A stretch of DNA of 64,000 bases from Tubulanus polymorphus (Eukaryota > Animalia > Nemertea), in the NCBI RefSeq assembly GCF_964204645.1, contig NC_134032.1, positions 14,372,275 to 14,436,274 on the forward strand, in the 5' to 3' direction. Each line of letters opens with the position of its first letter. The first letter of the stretch is position 1. A program made the translations under genes and the position numbers. The notes beneath the pieces were generated by a model that had not been told where the DNA came from, searched no databases, and worked only from the letters and a program-made list of their open reading frames with translations. Shown here one piece after another: positions 32,537-46,400 of the stretch.

Positions 32537-34090
32537 TTCCCTCAAGTTTCTAATCAATAAAACATAAAAATAAGACCGTATTAGACCTAAATCAAGACAA
32601 CCTGAATAAGGACTTAAGATAAAAACCCACTATTTAAAAATTAAATGAAAACTAAAATCGAGAATTATTTATTGAAACAATCTAAAATATAAGAAGAACA
32701 CAACGTTTCTTCTGAATAAGGACTTGTTTTGGGCACAAAAAGCTTGAGTTTCAATTCCATAAACCGTCGTTTCCGAGGGTCTAGTGTACTAATCAGCCAT
32801 ATCCTCATAGATATTAAAATTCTTGGAATCTCGCAGTGGTAATTGACGTAGGCGTTTTCATCAAACGGCATCCTGGAAAATGAATTAATCCTACTTCGGA
32901 CGTCGGTTTGTGAATTAATTAAGTGTTAAAAGCTACGATTTTATTCCTGTTTCCAGTTAGTAGTCGATTATGAATGACTCATGTGATAAGGGATTTGTTT
33001 AAGATCGGTATACGCTTTCCTTATAAGGGCATCGTTTTAATGGAATACTGTCAAGTCAGCCGTAGACTTTTGAAACTAATGAGTTTTGGAGTCAATGTTT
33101 TCAATAGAGTTTGGAATTAACTTAATTAATAGTATTTGGATTCACCTCATAGAGTTTGGAGTCAACTTGATAGAGTTTTGTGTGAATTTACCGAGTTGAT
33201 TCAATTTTCAAGGATTTCAGGATAAATTTTTGTTTTCATGATTTACTTTAAAAAAGAGAAGGTAACAAATGAAGATCCATCCAGAAATAAGTCCGGTTTG
33301 AGATGATTAAAGTCCGATACTGATTTTCCTCTTATCTCGTGTAACGCGCGGCTATCCGACGGAAATTGACCGGTATTAAGAACCTAATATTTTAATTCCG
33401 ATTAAACCCTGTTGTTGCCGCCGGCGACGATATTGGCAGACGCGATATTTTCTTTAAACGAGGAAATTGACGATGATCGTCGTCATTGACAACTGTGATT
33501 TTAATGCATAAACTCTAAACTCTGGACTTATTGCAGTTCCATATTTTTGAAGTAATTTGGTCCAATGGCCCAGTTTCACGAACATTAACTGGGGTTAACT
33601 TCGAATTAGGTGATATTTCAAATTAAAAATGCTTTATTCGTATTTTTTTGTTAATTTGATGATTTAATTACAAACGCAAATTAGCGAAAAAGAATTTATT
33701 CGAATTATCTCCGAACTTTATTCGGAATCAGTTTCCTGACAAATAAAATTTTACAATTTTCAATGAACTTACTTCTGAAAGTGAAACTCGAACTGTTTTG
33801 AGTTTGAACGATGCTGATAAACCTGTGAGTGTCATTAGAGAGAGAGAGATATATATATATATACTGGTACTGAGCCTTTTAACAGGAAGAGTTTTAAGAA
33901 GATTAAAGGATTTGTGTAGTTCGATCCCTCCCCTCTCTCCTATCTCCTACTCTTGTGTTTATCCTACGTGCATTTGAAACCGTTGCCGTTTCACGAATAA
34001 AAGCAAAGTTCATTGAAATCGAATGTGAACCTTTGACAGATAATATGCATTGTATTGGCCCGAAGCATTGATAAAAATTCTATTGTTTTT

Positions 34091-34210
34091 AGCCTCAGTA
34101 GCTCAGCGGGATGAGGCGTCACTATCAGTGCTGAGCGCCAAGTGGGTTTGAGTCTTTTCTACTGGCTATTTATAATGTGCGGGCAATATTCGAAAGACTG
34201 TGGTTCTGTT
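34091..34210 (+). mobile_element. tRNA-derived SINE
   Basis: A-box-like gtagctcagcgg, B-box-like gggtttgagtc; tail ggttaaatgaacaatc shared with ~15620-15682. Confidence 0.6.
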
Positions 34211-34273
34211 GAGAGGTTAAATGAACAATCCTCCACTAGGGTTCAGTTCGGGGGGGGGGGGGACAAGAACAGA

Positions 34274-34440
34274 GTGACAAGCAGGTTCGAGTCCTGCTGG
34301 CTGCTTACAGTGTTGGGTGACAAGCAGGTTTGAGTCCTGCTGGCTGCTTATAGTGTTGGGTGACAAGCAGGTTTGAGTCCTGCTGGCTGTTTACATTGGC
34401 AACGCTTCAAACATTTCAAAGTTAAACGAACAATCAAATA
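34274..34440 (+). repeat. Three 43-bp tandem copies of a SINE B-box segment followed by a SINE tail
   Basis: gtgacaagcaggtt(c/t)gagtcctgctggctg at 34274, 34317 and 34360. Confidence 0.7.
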
Positions 34441-35728
34441 GGGCTAACCTTGGAAAAGCCTAGATTTGTATGACAAACAAAAAATTGCAGTGTCTCGGCC
34501 TAAGAGGCTCATTTAAACGCATAGTTACGTCGATCTAGCCTTATTGCGTTAGTAGATGAATATTTTCACTTGAGGCTAAAATAGCTGAATTGACAGATGA
34601 TAATTGGAGGTATGGATAGTTTCTCAGGGCGTGGTCGGTCACTGATATATTTCTGTATCGCTGCTGATATTTTCAACGATTTTCACGCCGTAGTTTTATG
34701 ATGTCACAAGGGCGTATTGTGAAAATCCTGCTCACCCCTGGCTGTGAGTAATTCTTGTCAATATGTGATATCAAAGTTATGGTTTTCCACATGGTTGTTT
34801 TACTGCTGTTATATAATTTGATATTATCTCACAAAAAAGATTTTCATATGATTTATTTCGACGGTTTTGTAAATTATGAATTTCTAGAAAGGATGATTTA
34901 CTTTTGTTATGAGAATAAAGCACGGCCGTCGAGGAATTAGAAAAATCCTAGGGGATTTGTCTGGTCGAATCCTCATAGATCTTATTCTCAATCCCCTATC
35001 CCCCTGGTTTTGCTGTCCCTAAATCTTAAAATAAATGCTGTCATGAATTTATGGTTCGTCCTTGACTGTGATTATAGATTCCCGGATAAATAAGTATTTT
35101 CTATTTTTACTAATTGAATATGAGATAATGATTTCTCTTGGTCTCACCAAATATTAAATATTTAGTTTTTTTCTTTTTAAAAGACTACTTGACCGCTGGT
35201 TCTTCTGCATACACGCTTGGCTACTTAAGTACATCGTTCACCGCTTTCAGCTTGTGCTGCCACCTTGTAACGTAATGACTAACTATATCAGACTAAGTAA
35301 TGATCGAAAAAATAGTAAAAGGGAATAATGTTAAAAATCCTGAACTCTTTCTCTTGTGCTAATGATATATTCAACTATATCCAAATATTCATCTTCAGGA
35401 ATACTATTACTAGTGTTACAATGAAAAAATCTATGAGATATCTATACAATCCAGAACAAAAAGACTAATCCATAAAAACATGTGATACAAACTGTAAAGA
35501 TATAACACATAACTCGGTATTCCTGAAGATGACTATTAGAATTCGCTCATGATTACGTTCTCATGTTTGAGATAAATTCAACAATTGAAATTGATTGCAA
35601 TGGGCTCCGTAGTCGGCAAAATTATATATATTTATTTCTATATTTATTTCCGTTACGTTGAACCTCACGGTAACAAACTTCAACCTATTGTTGCATTTGA
35701 ACGAGCCCCGATCGAAAAATTTTTATTA

Positions 35729-35948
35729 GGCTAAACAAAAATGATACCCTGTTTCTCCGCAGCGGCCGGGTCATTTTTGTAAAATATGATAAAATTCATA
35801 AACAGTTCATTTCTATAGCGGCCGGGTCTGTTTTGGTGAAATTGATCACGATTTTAAAAAAAGTAATGTATAGGGTAGATAGGCGACCGGCCGGGTCAAC
35901 ATTTAAGCTCAGCAGCGCGGAGAAACAAGGTATCAATTTTTTTTAGCC
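35729..35948. mobile_element. PIF/Harbinger (Tourist-like) MITE, TTA TSD
   Basis: tta|ggctaaacaaaaatgataccctgtttctccgc ... gcggagaaacaaggtatcaattttttttagcc|tta. Confidence 0.75.
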
Positions 35949-36668
35949 TTATAGGCGAAAATAGAAAATTTTATTCGCGGACAATATGGCCGCCTCGGGG
36001 CTTCGGAGACGGAGGATGAGATATCGGGAATAAAAGAACCCGATGACACCATAAAACGAAAGCAAGCGGATGAGAAAGATTTCATAGTCAAATAAAACTG
36101 AAGCCACCTGTCCCTTCTCTTTAAACATATAGTTCATCTTCAATTTGAAAATACTTCCACACAAAGGATCCCAGGCTTCTATCACAGATGGATGATCGGG
36201 CTATTGTATTGTGTGGCTATATTTAGGTGTATTGCGTAATGATTTGAGTAGTTTTACTACTCAATAATGGCAGGCGGGGCACCCGGGGACTCACTGAGTC
36301 TTTATGATAACATTTGTTCAGAAAGCATATATCACCACTGACTGTGTCACTACTGAGATTATCATTCAAGTAAATTTATCTAAATTATTTGTTTTTCTGG
36401 TCACAGATTTGATCGTGTAAACGGATCCTGGTTTGTCTTCCTGTCCTTCGAGAAGATTTCAAGAAGTTCATGTTCGTCGATATCGTGTTGACAATTTAAC
36501 GTAATACTCCATTTTATTCTGATGAATTTTTCGGAATCTCTTTGTTAATTACTTTGCAAACCCCATGCCTCGACCCCCTCAGCCCCCCTCCCTCTCCGCC
36601 TCGCTACCGATATGCGCGGTGCTCTTGGAAGAGACTCCAAATAGTTGATAGATTACTCTTTGTCACGT

Positions 36669-36768
36669 GGACCCAGTTTCACAAAAAATTTTAACTTTTA
36701 AATCGATTTCATTTCTTCATTAATTCAGTTTATCGTTAGGCCTTAATCCTTTTCGTGAAACTGGGCCC
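36669..36768. mobile_element. MITE of the GG(A/G)CCCAGTT family
   Basis: ggacccagtttcacaaaa ... ttttcgtgaaactgggccc. Confidence 0.6.
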
Positions 36769-37785
36769 TGTACACAAACTCGGGTTAAATCGTCATTTGG
36801 ATTAAGTCGTCACATTACTGAAGTCATCTAGTCTATTTTTGAGTTCTGAAGTAGTTTTCATCTTTGAGGAGTCCTAATTTCTATTTCCAATTCAATTTAC
36901 TAAGTCATCATTTGGATAAGTCGTCACATTACTGAAGTCATCTTGATTTTTTAGTCTCAATTTGTATTTCTAATCAAGTTACTTAGTATAAGTCGTCAAT
37001 TTAATAATATACAAGACGACGATGGTCTCAACTACAACTTTGTAAAGTCATATTGAATATATGCTTGAAGTCAATTTTAAAACGCTGATCTTTTTCCATT
37101 TTGAAGATTTTCTAAGTTAAATACATTTTAGAACAGTCATGCAAGGAGATATTTATCTAATTGTAGACTGTTATCAATATGTTGATGCGGGCTCCACATT
37201 CGGCGCTTGGAAATACATCCGGAATCATTTCTAACATTTTTCTCCCGGAGAAAAATTACCCGCGCGATATTCTGAACGTGGAATGACCTCCGGCGTCGAG
37301 TCCGGTAAAAGCTAAATCTGTTCCGGATAATAATCCATTATCCGACGATTAGTGAAAACATTTCCACTATTTTCTTCGACTAATTTCTTTCTTTAGAGAC
37401 GCGGTAATTCTCGAGTCGTAGCTGACCACCGGTCAACAAACAACCGCTGACCGCTCAAACAATGGTCAGATTGTCGTAATTCTTTCATCAATTATTGCGA
37501 ATATTTGTTTGATGTCGACTGATTTGACCGGTAGTCGACTGATTCGACCGGTAGTCGACTGACTCGACGGGATCAGCCGGTAATGTTTTATCCAGGCGAT
37601 GAGTTTTATGCGTCGTCACGGAAATAATCGCATGAAATACGAGATATCATTTATTAAGAAAATCATTCTTTACCGCCTGGGTTCGAACCCGGGTCATCTT
37701 TACTTTATTGATGATATGAGGGCTATTTATCTAAATACTTTGATTTTTTAAAAGATAAGCTGTTTCTCAGAATGATGAAAGAACT

Positions 37786-38270
37786 CACTATTGGTCATTT
37801 TACCAATGGGATAGTACCACTGGTCATTTTACAGGTGGAAGAGTTGACCACTAATCATTTACTGGTGGAATAGTTGACCACTGGTCATTTTATCAGTGAA
37901 AGAGGTGACCAGTGGTCATTTTGTCGGTGGAAGAGCTGACCACTGGTCATTTAACCAGTCGAGTTGACCAATGGTCATTTTATCAGTGGAAGAGGTGACC
38001 AGTGGTCATTTTATCGGTGGAAGAGCTGACCACTGGTCATTTAACCAGTGGAGTTGACCACTGGTCATTTTATCAGTGGAAGAGGTGACCACTGATCATT
38101 TTATCAGTGGAAGAGTTGACCACTGGTCATTTTATCGGTGGAAGAAGTGTCCAATTGTAGTTTTACTGGCAGAAGACCTGACCAGTGGTCATTTTATCAG
38201 TGGGAGAGCTGACCAGTTGTCATTTTACTGGCGGGATAGCTGACCAGTGGCCATTTTATCAGTGAGAGAG
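37786..38270. repeat. 31-bp minisatellite (gaccactggtcattttatcagtggaagaggt)
   Basis: Period 38056 to 38087. Confidence 0.88.
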
Positions 38271-40865
38271 CATGTTAATTTACTGGTTATGTTGTTGTTG
38301 TTCGATGTAATTTTGCCGGCTCTGAGTAATTATTGATAAAGTGACAAAGTCAGATATAGTTCACGCACACGCACGCAGCGCAGTTACCCGTTTCAGTTGA
38401 GACCGTCGTCGTCGGTCGATCCGTCGTCCGCCTCCATCATCGTTAATTAAATTTCTCTCTAATGTTCTTATTCTCTGGTTGTCGTTGGCGATCGATAGCT
38501 GTGTTGAGCCGCGAGAGAGGATGTAAAATAGACGCAGGAAATTATGTTTGATCACGAGATTTTATATAACGAACGGATGATGGCGGTGGCGGCCATTTTA
38601 TTGATTTAAACACAGAGTCTATCAGTATAAATATACTCGACACTGCCCAACTATAAATCAATGACGGTTTTCTTATTTGATTCCGACTTATTTTATCTTC
38701 GAAAGTCTGAAAACTTGCGGTCATATTTTTGAAAAGACGATGTGGGTTGATTTTTTTTCGGAATATAGGTGTTTAATGAGTTAGAATTTTAAAAATTCTT
38801 GAAAAAATATCTGGGAAGAATTTTTCCAGTAGGTTTCTCGATGAATAGCCTTTTCAGTTGTCTACGTTATTTAAATTTTTAAAGTTAAATCTAGTTCCTT
38901 TTGCTGAAAAGAATTTTGATAAAATCTTCAGAGGATATTTGCTGATGATAAACAACATGGGCTAGATTGATATGAAAAAAAAGTTTAAAAAAATGAAGAA
39001 TATGCGAAAAATATGAAAATTCAGGTAAAAGCCAAAAATAAGGATTTGGAAAATGGAGAAAAATCCATAGTTTATCAATCTGAACCTGAAACAATGAAAA
39101 ATAGTTCTTGCCCCATTTACCCAACACCGCCCCCCCCCCCAAATAGTCCTCGCCCCCTTTACCCAACCCCCCCTGTACTCTACACAGCTTTCCCCTATTC
39201 TATTGATTCTTTATACAAGTCATCAAGTTTCTGTAGGAGTCGATTTTCAAATATCATCTCAACAATCAAAACTGTTACGTATAAATATCGACTGACCGTT
39301 GATTTGAATCGGTTCTATTCGTTGGTTCAATTCATTTCATTTTCTTTCCATTCGTTTCCACGACGACAATGACAACAATGACTTATTATCGGATGTATCG
39401 ATGATAATTATAATGGTTATCTTCCTCTTCCTCGTCGTTGTGTGTCATCATCGACGTATTTTATGGAAAGTGAATTTTGAATCTCGAGAATTAACGGTTA
39501 TTTCTGTTGTAATCGATCGAACTGCCTAGCGACAGTTGCTAAGAACTTTAACTACGCACTATCGCCGTCGACGACGACGACGATGACCGCTGATTATTGT
39601 AGATGTAACAAATCGTCGTCGATATATATTCGTTACGGTCGGGTGGGTTAATTTAGCGGCTACGGACTGATCGTTTGGTTGTCGGATATCGTTGATGGTA
39701 TCGAGCGGATGAACAGACGGCCTCCGCACGGGTTCGGCCCTGAATCAGCGACATCATCATCTTTACTGCGTTAATGAGATTAGAGAAAATTTGCATGACT
39801 CACTCGCAATCACTCACTCGCCAGCCACTCACTCCCCGGCCACTGCTTTAGGCATTAATGACTATTTTATGACTCAATATTCTCCGTACCTCATCAAAAT
39901 ATTATTATCAATTTTAACCCTTTGTTCTCTGCAGCGTGTGTACGTGAATGATTAATGCGTTCTTGTGTTTGTAGGGAAAAATAGTAATGGCTGCCACCCT
40001 GCCCCGTTTACAGAATCCAGTTGTGTATAGTTCAACGACGTTTCGCCAATCAATAAACAAAGAGAATATCGACATAAAATGTTTTATAAAAATTGATCTT
40101 ATTTTTACTCTTGGAATTCAACTTCTTCGCGTGGAACTGGATCCTAATGACATTGCATAATTTCAAAAATGCATATGAATTTTTGATAATTTTCATGACT
40201 ATTCCGTATGTGATTCCCCGATTAGTAGTTTAAATGTATAGCCTTCACAAAAATGTATGACTTAAATTCTTGGTTGAATTGCGTTCATTGGTTACTTCAT
40301 ATTTTCAATGAGGATAACAATTCAAACGGAACCGTTTTAAGCTTATTATTGTTTCAATAAACCTGCACTTTGCTTAATCATTTGAAAGCTATACATATTA
40401 TATTTAGTTATGATAAAAGTAGATTCGAGATTTTTTGTGGCTTGTTAGTAATTTTTCAAATTTCACGATGTATTGTTTGATAGATTGGTTACATGTATTA
40501 TTTGTAATAGGAGATCGCTTGCTATATGCTCAGAGTAATAATTAAACCAACAACTCGCCGACTGATGACAAACTGGTTTCTGATTAAATATTCTTATTCT
40601 AATTAAAAGGAAGCCTTTTCTCATGTTTGCTGCTGCTGCTGGGCGGGATGCTGTGCGTGCTTGGTATCGCATGTAATTTTCATCCATTTTGTGTCCAGGG
40701 AAATAACGGCGCTCCACAGCAGGCAGTCATCGTTATATCTATCAGACTTATCGTGATGATATACATCGCCAGAGAATACCACACCGATTAAACTAGAAAG
40801 ATAAACCGCAAAAAGTTTCCTTCAAGCTTATGATTTATTGAGTCAACATTTTGACTATGTCCTTA

Positions 40866-41079
40866 AGCTAAACAAAAATGATACCTTGTTTCTCGGCAGC
40901 GGCCGGGTAATTTTTGTTAAATATAATAATATTTATAAACAGTTCATTTCTATAGCGGCCGGGTCTGTTATGATCACAATTTTAGGAAAGAGGTAATGTA
41001 CAGGGTAGATAGGCGGCCGGTCGGGTCTAAGTTTTAAGCTCAGCCGAGCGAAGAAACAAGGTATCGATTTTTTTTGCCC
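40866..41079. mobile_element. Second copy of the Harbinger-like MITE at 35729
   Basis: agctaaacaaaaatgataccttgtttctc ... aagaaacaaggtatcgattttttttgccc; internal sequence is colinear with the first copy. Confidence 0.75.
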
Positions 41080-41729
41080 TAACTCAAACGTCTGTATAAC
41101 TGTTGCTATATTTGTACTATGAAGCAAATTTTCATGAAAAAAATCCTTGAATAGAATAAAAATCTTTCGATTTTTTTTTACATTTCATGGAAAACTTTCG
41201 CGAGAGTAAAAAAAGAATTTGAAGGGAAATATGAAAAATTTGGCGCGACAAAAAAAGATTCGTTCTTTTTTTTCAACTGCATAAATTCGAGGCTGGATAA
41301 AGAAATTAATTTCATGAAAAAAAATACTAAGATATACATTTATTTCGAAAATACTAAAAGTACATCTTGATATATTTTTGAAATACTACTCAATTTGCTC
41401 AGTATGTTTAGGTCGACTATGTATTACACATATGATATGAGAATGACCCGCGAATGTATGTAATCTTATACACACGCGCGTAGGGGATATGTTTTTATTG
41501 ATTTTTGACCAGTGGTTGAATATAATTCTGAGAAATGGCCAACTTATTACCGGTTGAGGTCATGCGTACTTTCAGCTCGCTCGGGAGCAAATAAATTATC
41601 CATATAAGGAGATGTTGTTGATAGTTACACAATTTCATTTAATGATGTTTTATATCGAAATTCATTCAACCTTCAATCAATATATATCTGTGATCAATAT
41701 ACCATAGAAGGACTTAATTTCATTCTGCA

Positions 41730-42243
41730 TAGAGTTCCACAGTTGTGCAGGTTTGATTTGATTTTGAACCCAGTTCCACAGTTCTGTGGATTTGATTCAG
41801 GACCCAGTTCCACAGTTGTGTGGGTTTAATTTGACTCTGGACCCAGTTCCACAGTTGTGTGGGTTTAATTTGACTCTGGACCCAGTTCCACAGTTGTGTG
41901 GGTTTAATTTGACTCTGGACCCAGTTCCACAGTTGTGTGCGTTTAATTTGACTCTGGACCCAGTTTCACAGTTGTGTGGATTTAATTTGATTCTGGACCC
42001 AGTTCCACAGTTGTGTGGATTTAATTTGACTCTGTACTCAGTTCCACAGTTGTGTAGGTTTAATTTGACCCTGAATCCAGTTCCACAGTTGTGTGGATTT
42101 AATTTGATTCTGGATCCAGTTCCATAGTTGTATGGGTTTAATTTGACTCTGGGCCCAGTTCCACAGTTGTGTGGATTTGATTTGACTCAGGATCCAGTTC
42201 CACAGTTGTGTGGATTTGATTCAGGACCCAGTTCCACAGTTGA
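41730..42243. repeat. 39-bp minisatellite built on the GGACCCAGTTCCACAGTT MITE terminus
   Basis: ggacccagttccacagttgtgtgggtttaatttgactct; period 41839 to 41878. Confidence 0.92.
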
Positions 42244-42864
42244 GTCTTCAGTCCTAAAATGAACGTAATCTGATTCAATTTTCACTAAAAACTGTGGAAC
42301 TACATTTTCTTATTAATATTGATTTTTTTTTTTGGAAAAAATTTTGAAAAAAAAAACTATTATTTTCTGTGATGGTTATGAGCGTCTGCGATGTCGGTAT
42401 AGAACATCTTGAACCCAGTGGAATAAATTATGTCACTGATTGTCAGACTCTGAGATTCTCTCAATTCCTCGACGCCTCGGGGTGCGTCGTTCTTCTCCTT
42501 GGTTATCGTCGTGGAAGTATATTGTCTGTTGAACCGTGTAGAATTTATCGACCCGGCGCCCGAGATCGCCCGCGGATCACCCGCAGTTCGGGTTATATTG
42601 AAATTCATTCGTCGGTCTTGTTTTCCTCTTATAAGAAATTGATTTCGCTCGGAGTTAGATAGAGAGTGCGAAGGTCACGCGGAGCTTATTAATAAAATGT
42701 CCCAGTTATTCATTGACGTCTCGCTGGATTATAATCTCATTCTGAATCTTCTGCTCCCGCTATTCTGGGGAGCGCGCGGGGGGGGGGGGGGGATGCAGCT
42801 TATAGATAAAATTACACAGTTCCTTCAGATTATGGAGAATTCTGGCTGTTTTCTTGAAAACTCC

Positions 42865-43405
42865 GGGAATTTGAATTTTTATGTCTTGTTGTTCTTGCTG
42901 GTGACGAGTGACACAAGGAACCTCTTGATAAAAAACAGCCCTCACTGAGGATATCTTATAATTTAATCAGGGAAATTTGAATTTTTTTGTGTCTTGTTGT
43001 TCTTGTTGGTGACGAGTGACACAAGGAACCTCTTGATAAAAAACAGCCCTCACTGAGGATATCTTATAAGTTAATCAGGGAATTTGAATTTTTGATGTCT
43101 TGTTGTTCTTGTTGGTGACGAGTGACATGAGGAACCTCTTGATAAAGAAACAGCCCTCACTGAGTGTATCTTATAAGTTAATCAGGGAATTTGAATTTTT
43201 TGTTGTCTTGTTGTTCTTGCTGGTGACGAGTTACACAAGGAACCTCTTGATAAAAAACAGCCCTCACTGAGGATATCTTATAAGTTAATCAGGGAATTTG
43301 AATTTTTGATGTCTTGTTGTTCTTGTTGGTGACGAGTGACATGAGGAACCTCTTGATAAGAAACAGCCCTCACTGAGGATATCTTATAATTTAATCAGGG
43401 AATTT
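42865..43405. repeat. ~107-bp tandem repeat, 5 copies
   Basis: gggaa at 42865, 42970, 43078, 43185, 43292 and 43398. Confidence 0.9.
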
Positions 43406-46400
43406 TTGGCCAAAGGTCAGGGAAATATGAAGCATTTATGGATTCCGTGATCTGTAAGAATCCTGAAATGAACATCACCACATCGAATGATATGATTTAC
43501 GACATAGTTTGTGCTGTCATGGCGGCGGAATTTTGAAAATAGATTTGCGCCAATGATAAAACAGAGACGGTCAAAAGCATTTGCATAAAATAGATTTATT
43601 CAAAATCAAATTATTCAAATCAGGAATGATACATACACGTGGTGAATTAATAATCATGCTTCGTGTTTGATAAGTTTTATGTTGAAAATGACGAATATTC
43701 AAATCGGGCGAATTACGCTTTAAATTTTTCGGATTATGTTAAAACTGAGAAATTATACCAGCCATATTTGAATAATGATAATGATGATAATAATAATATG
43801 TCTAATAGCGCTAAATCCAGTTAAGCCGCTTTATATTTTTGGTATTTGGTACCCGAGCCATACGATTGTCTAAAGTGTATCGGTCGTCCGTTTATACTAG
43901 GTAGATGTCCGTGATTGATCTCATCCCTGATGACGCTTTCCATAGAATTAGAATAACAAGTGTTTATGATTCGGTTTAGAATACCGGTTTGTGGAGGTGC
44001 GACCAAACTGAATAAAATATACACGTGTCCTTCAAAACATCGAAAGCAATATTGAAAATCTGTTACTACAAATTGATATTAAACCCGTATTGAAAAATCC
44101 TATTGAGTATGCAAGGTACTCTGGTTGGTTACTGATCTGCAAAACGGCCCGGAAGCAGAAAAATCTAGAAAATATCTCGGGGGGGGGGGGGGGGAAATTC
44201 GGGGGAATTCGACAAATTTTGTAAACAAAAAAAAGACCTGGCCGAATCTGGATATCTTTTTAACCGAGCGTTTTTTTTTTAATCAGTAGTGATTCGTAAA
44301 AATTATTGAATTCTAAGCCTAGAAATTTCTCTTAAGTTCATTGAAGGAATTTCGTGTTTTAACATCGAAATATCAGGGAAGACTCAGGGAATTTGTAGAG
44401 GTAGTTCTCGGCACCTTTCTCTAACAATCGCTAAAACCCCCCCCCCCCCCAAAAAAAAAAATCTAACTTCCGACCCTAGTTTTCTCATAACTCATGAATT
44501 CACAAGATTATTCATAGATCTCGTGAAATAATGAGTTATTGAAATATGGCGCGTGGCGTGGCGTGGCATGGCGCGGTGCGGCGCGGTAGAGTTTTAATAT
44601 CGCGTAGTCATTATGCAGAAATAATTATTCAATGCAGATTTTTACCACTGACAGATGAATCGAGCGCGGCGCATCATGTAATATTGTTACGACCATTGAT
44701 TTGTTTCCCCGTCCGCTGTCCAACGATCCATCAATAGTTCATTATATAAAGAATTATTCATCCGCTATCTGCCGCTGGATTTGTCCTTTGTATTTATTGA
44801 ATGAGTTCTTCTTCCTGATTCTTGTCTCGAGAGGGAAAAATAATAGCATATGGACTCATGGTCAGCGGCGTCGATGGTGCACACGCAGGCCGCCGATAAT
44901 AGATTTTCTATGTAGAACATATAATATTGATTGTTTATCAGCGGAGAGAGAGATGACGTCCAGAGCCAATAGAAAATATTATATCTGCTGATAGCTGTTC
45001 TAGTATTGCCCGGAACAAAAAATTCGTAAAGACTTTGCCGGAACTCGTTAAAAAATACCTCCCTCCCTCTTTCCACTCCTTCCATTCTCTCCCCTCTCCT
45101 TCTAGTCATTGTCACCCAGATCCATTTTGCCTTTCTCTGTCTTTCGTCCCCCTTTTCAGTCGTTTAACTCTTTCCCCATCCCTCTCTCTCTACTCTCTCC
45201 CCATCTCTCTCTCTCTCCCTCTCCCCATCCCTCTCTTTCTCCTCTCCCCATCCCCCTCTCTCCCTCTCTCTCCCCATCCCTCTCCCTCTCTCTCCCCTTT
45301 GAATTGTCAATGAAAGACAACTCTGGTCGTAATCGTCAAAACTCTCTTATTCGATGTCAAAATGTTATTGCGCGATGCGTGTATCGAATTCTTACCTATT
45401 TACACCCTGTCTGTGAGTAGCAAAATATTAATCATTAAAACATCCGGCGCTCTCTAATTAGGCACCGGCCAAATTTGGCCCGAACCTGATCGGTGCCAAT
45501 TTGGCGCGGGCCAAATCGTCTGCGTGTGATCGCGGCTTAATATTGATTGCGGTTGTAAATTTTTCTTTAAAAGTAAGTTTTCAAATCTTTCGTAAAACAT
45601 CGAGCTGATGATGGATATTGTCCGATATCGCGATGAAATAATTTGTTGCCTTTTCGCACTGATTAGAAATATATTATTTGAGATATTTGCGAATTCCATT
45701 TCATTACGAATCATCGCGTGTGTACCCGGTTAATGAAGGACTGGTGCTCGTATCCCGTAGCAACCGAGTGGTCATCGGGAAATAACGGAATAAAAATGCT
45801 AATGACGTTGGTTTTATGTAGATAGTGTGTGTGTGAAAGGAGCCTGCGGCGAGTGAGTAGTGATGTTTATTGCGCGGTAGCCGCGGTGATAAACCGAGCG
45901 GAATGGTCTCGTCGCAGACGATAAATCCCGCAAAATCCATCGTCGTAATTAACTAGTTTGATTCGCTATCACGCTCTGCAGCAGCTCCAGGGGAACGGGG
46001 AGGGGGGATGAACGGTGACCAGTGTCATTAACTCTCTCTCCAAATCGATTTTAACAGTTTTTATTTCCGTGTCGTTGAGATTTTTATTTTCGCGAATTTA
46101 ATTTTTCGTCGACGTAGAAAAAAAAAATTTTCGATAATTCCATCGTTTTTTGAAACCGTCTCGTAACATTAAAATTGTTCGCATTGTTGTAATTTAAATA
46201 TGCGTTTCCGCGGCGATAAGGTTACGGCGGTGAAAATAAGATTTCGCCGAATCATTAAATGTCATTTGGTTTTGCTCGGCGCGCTCGCTGGTGCGGCAGG
46301 GAAAAGTCTCTCAGCGGAATATTATAGTACATTGTGTGTGTGTGTTACTCATGTTTAACATAAAACAATCATCATAAAAGCCTGTTCTGTTTGTCCCCCT

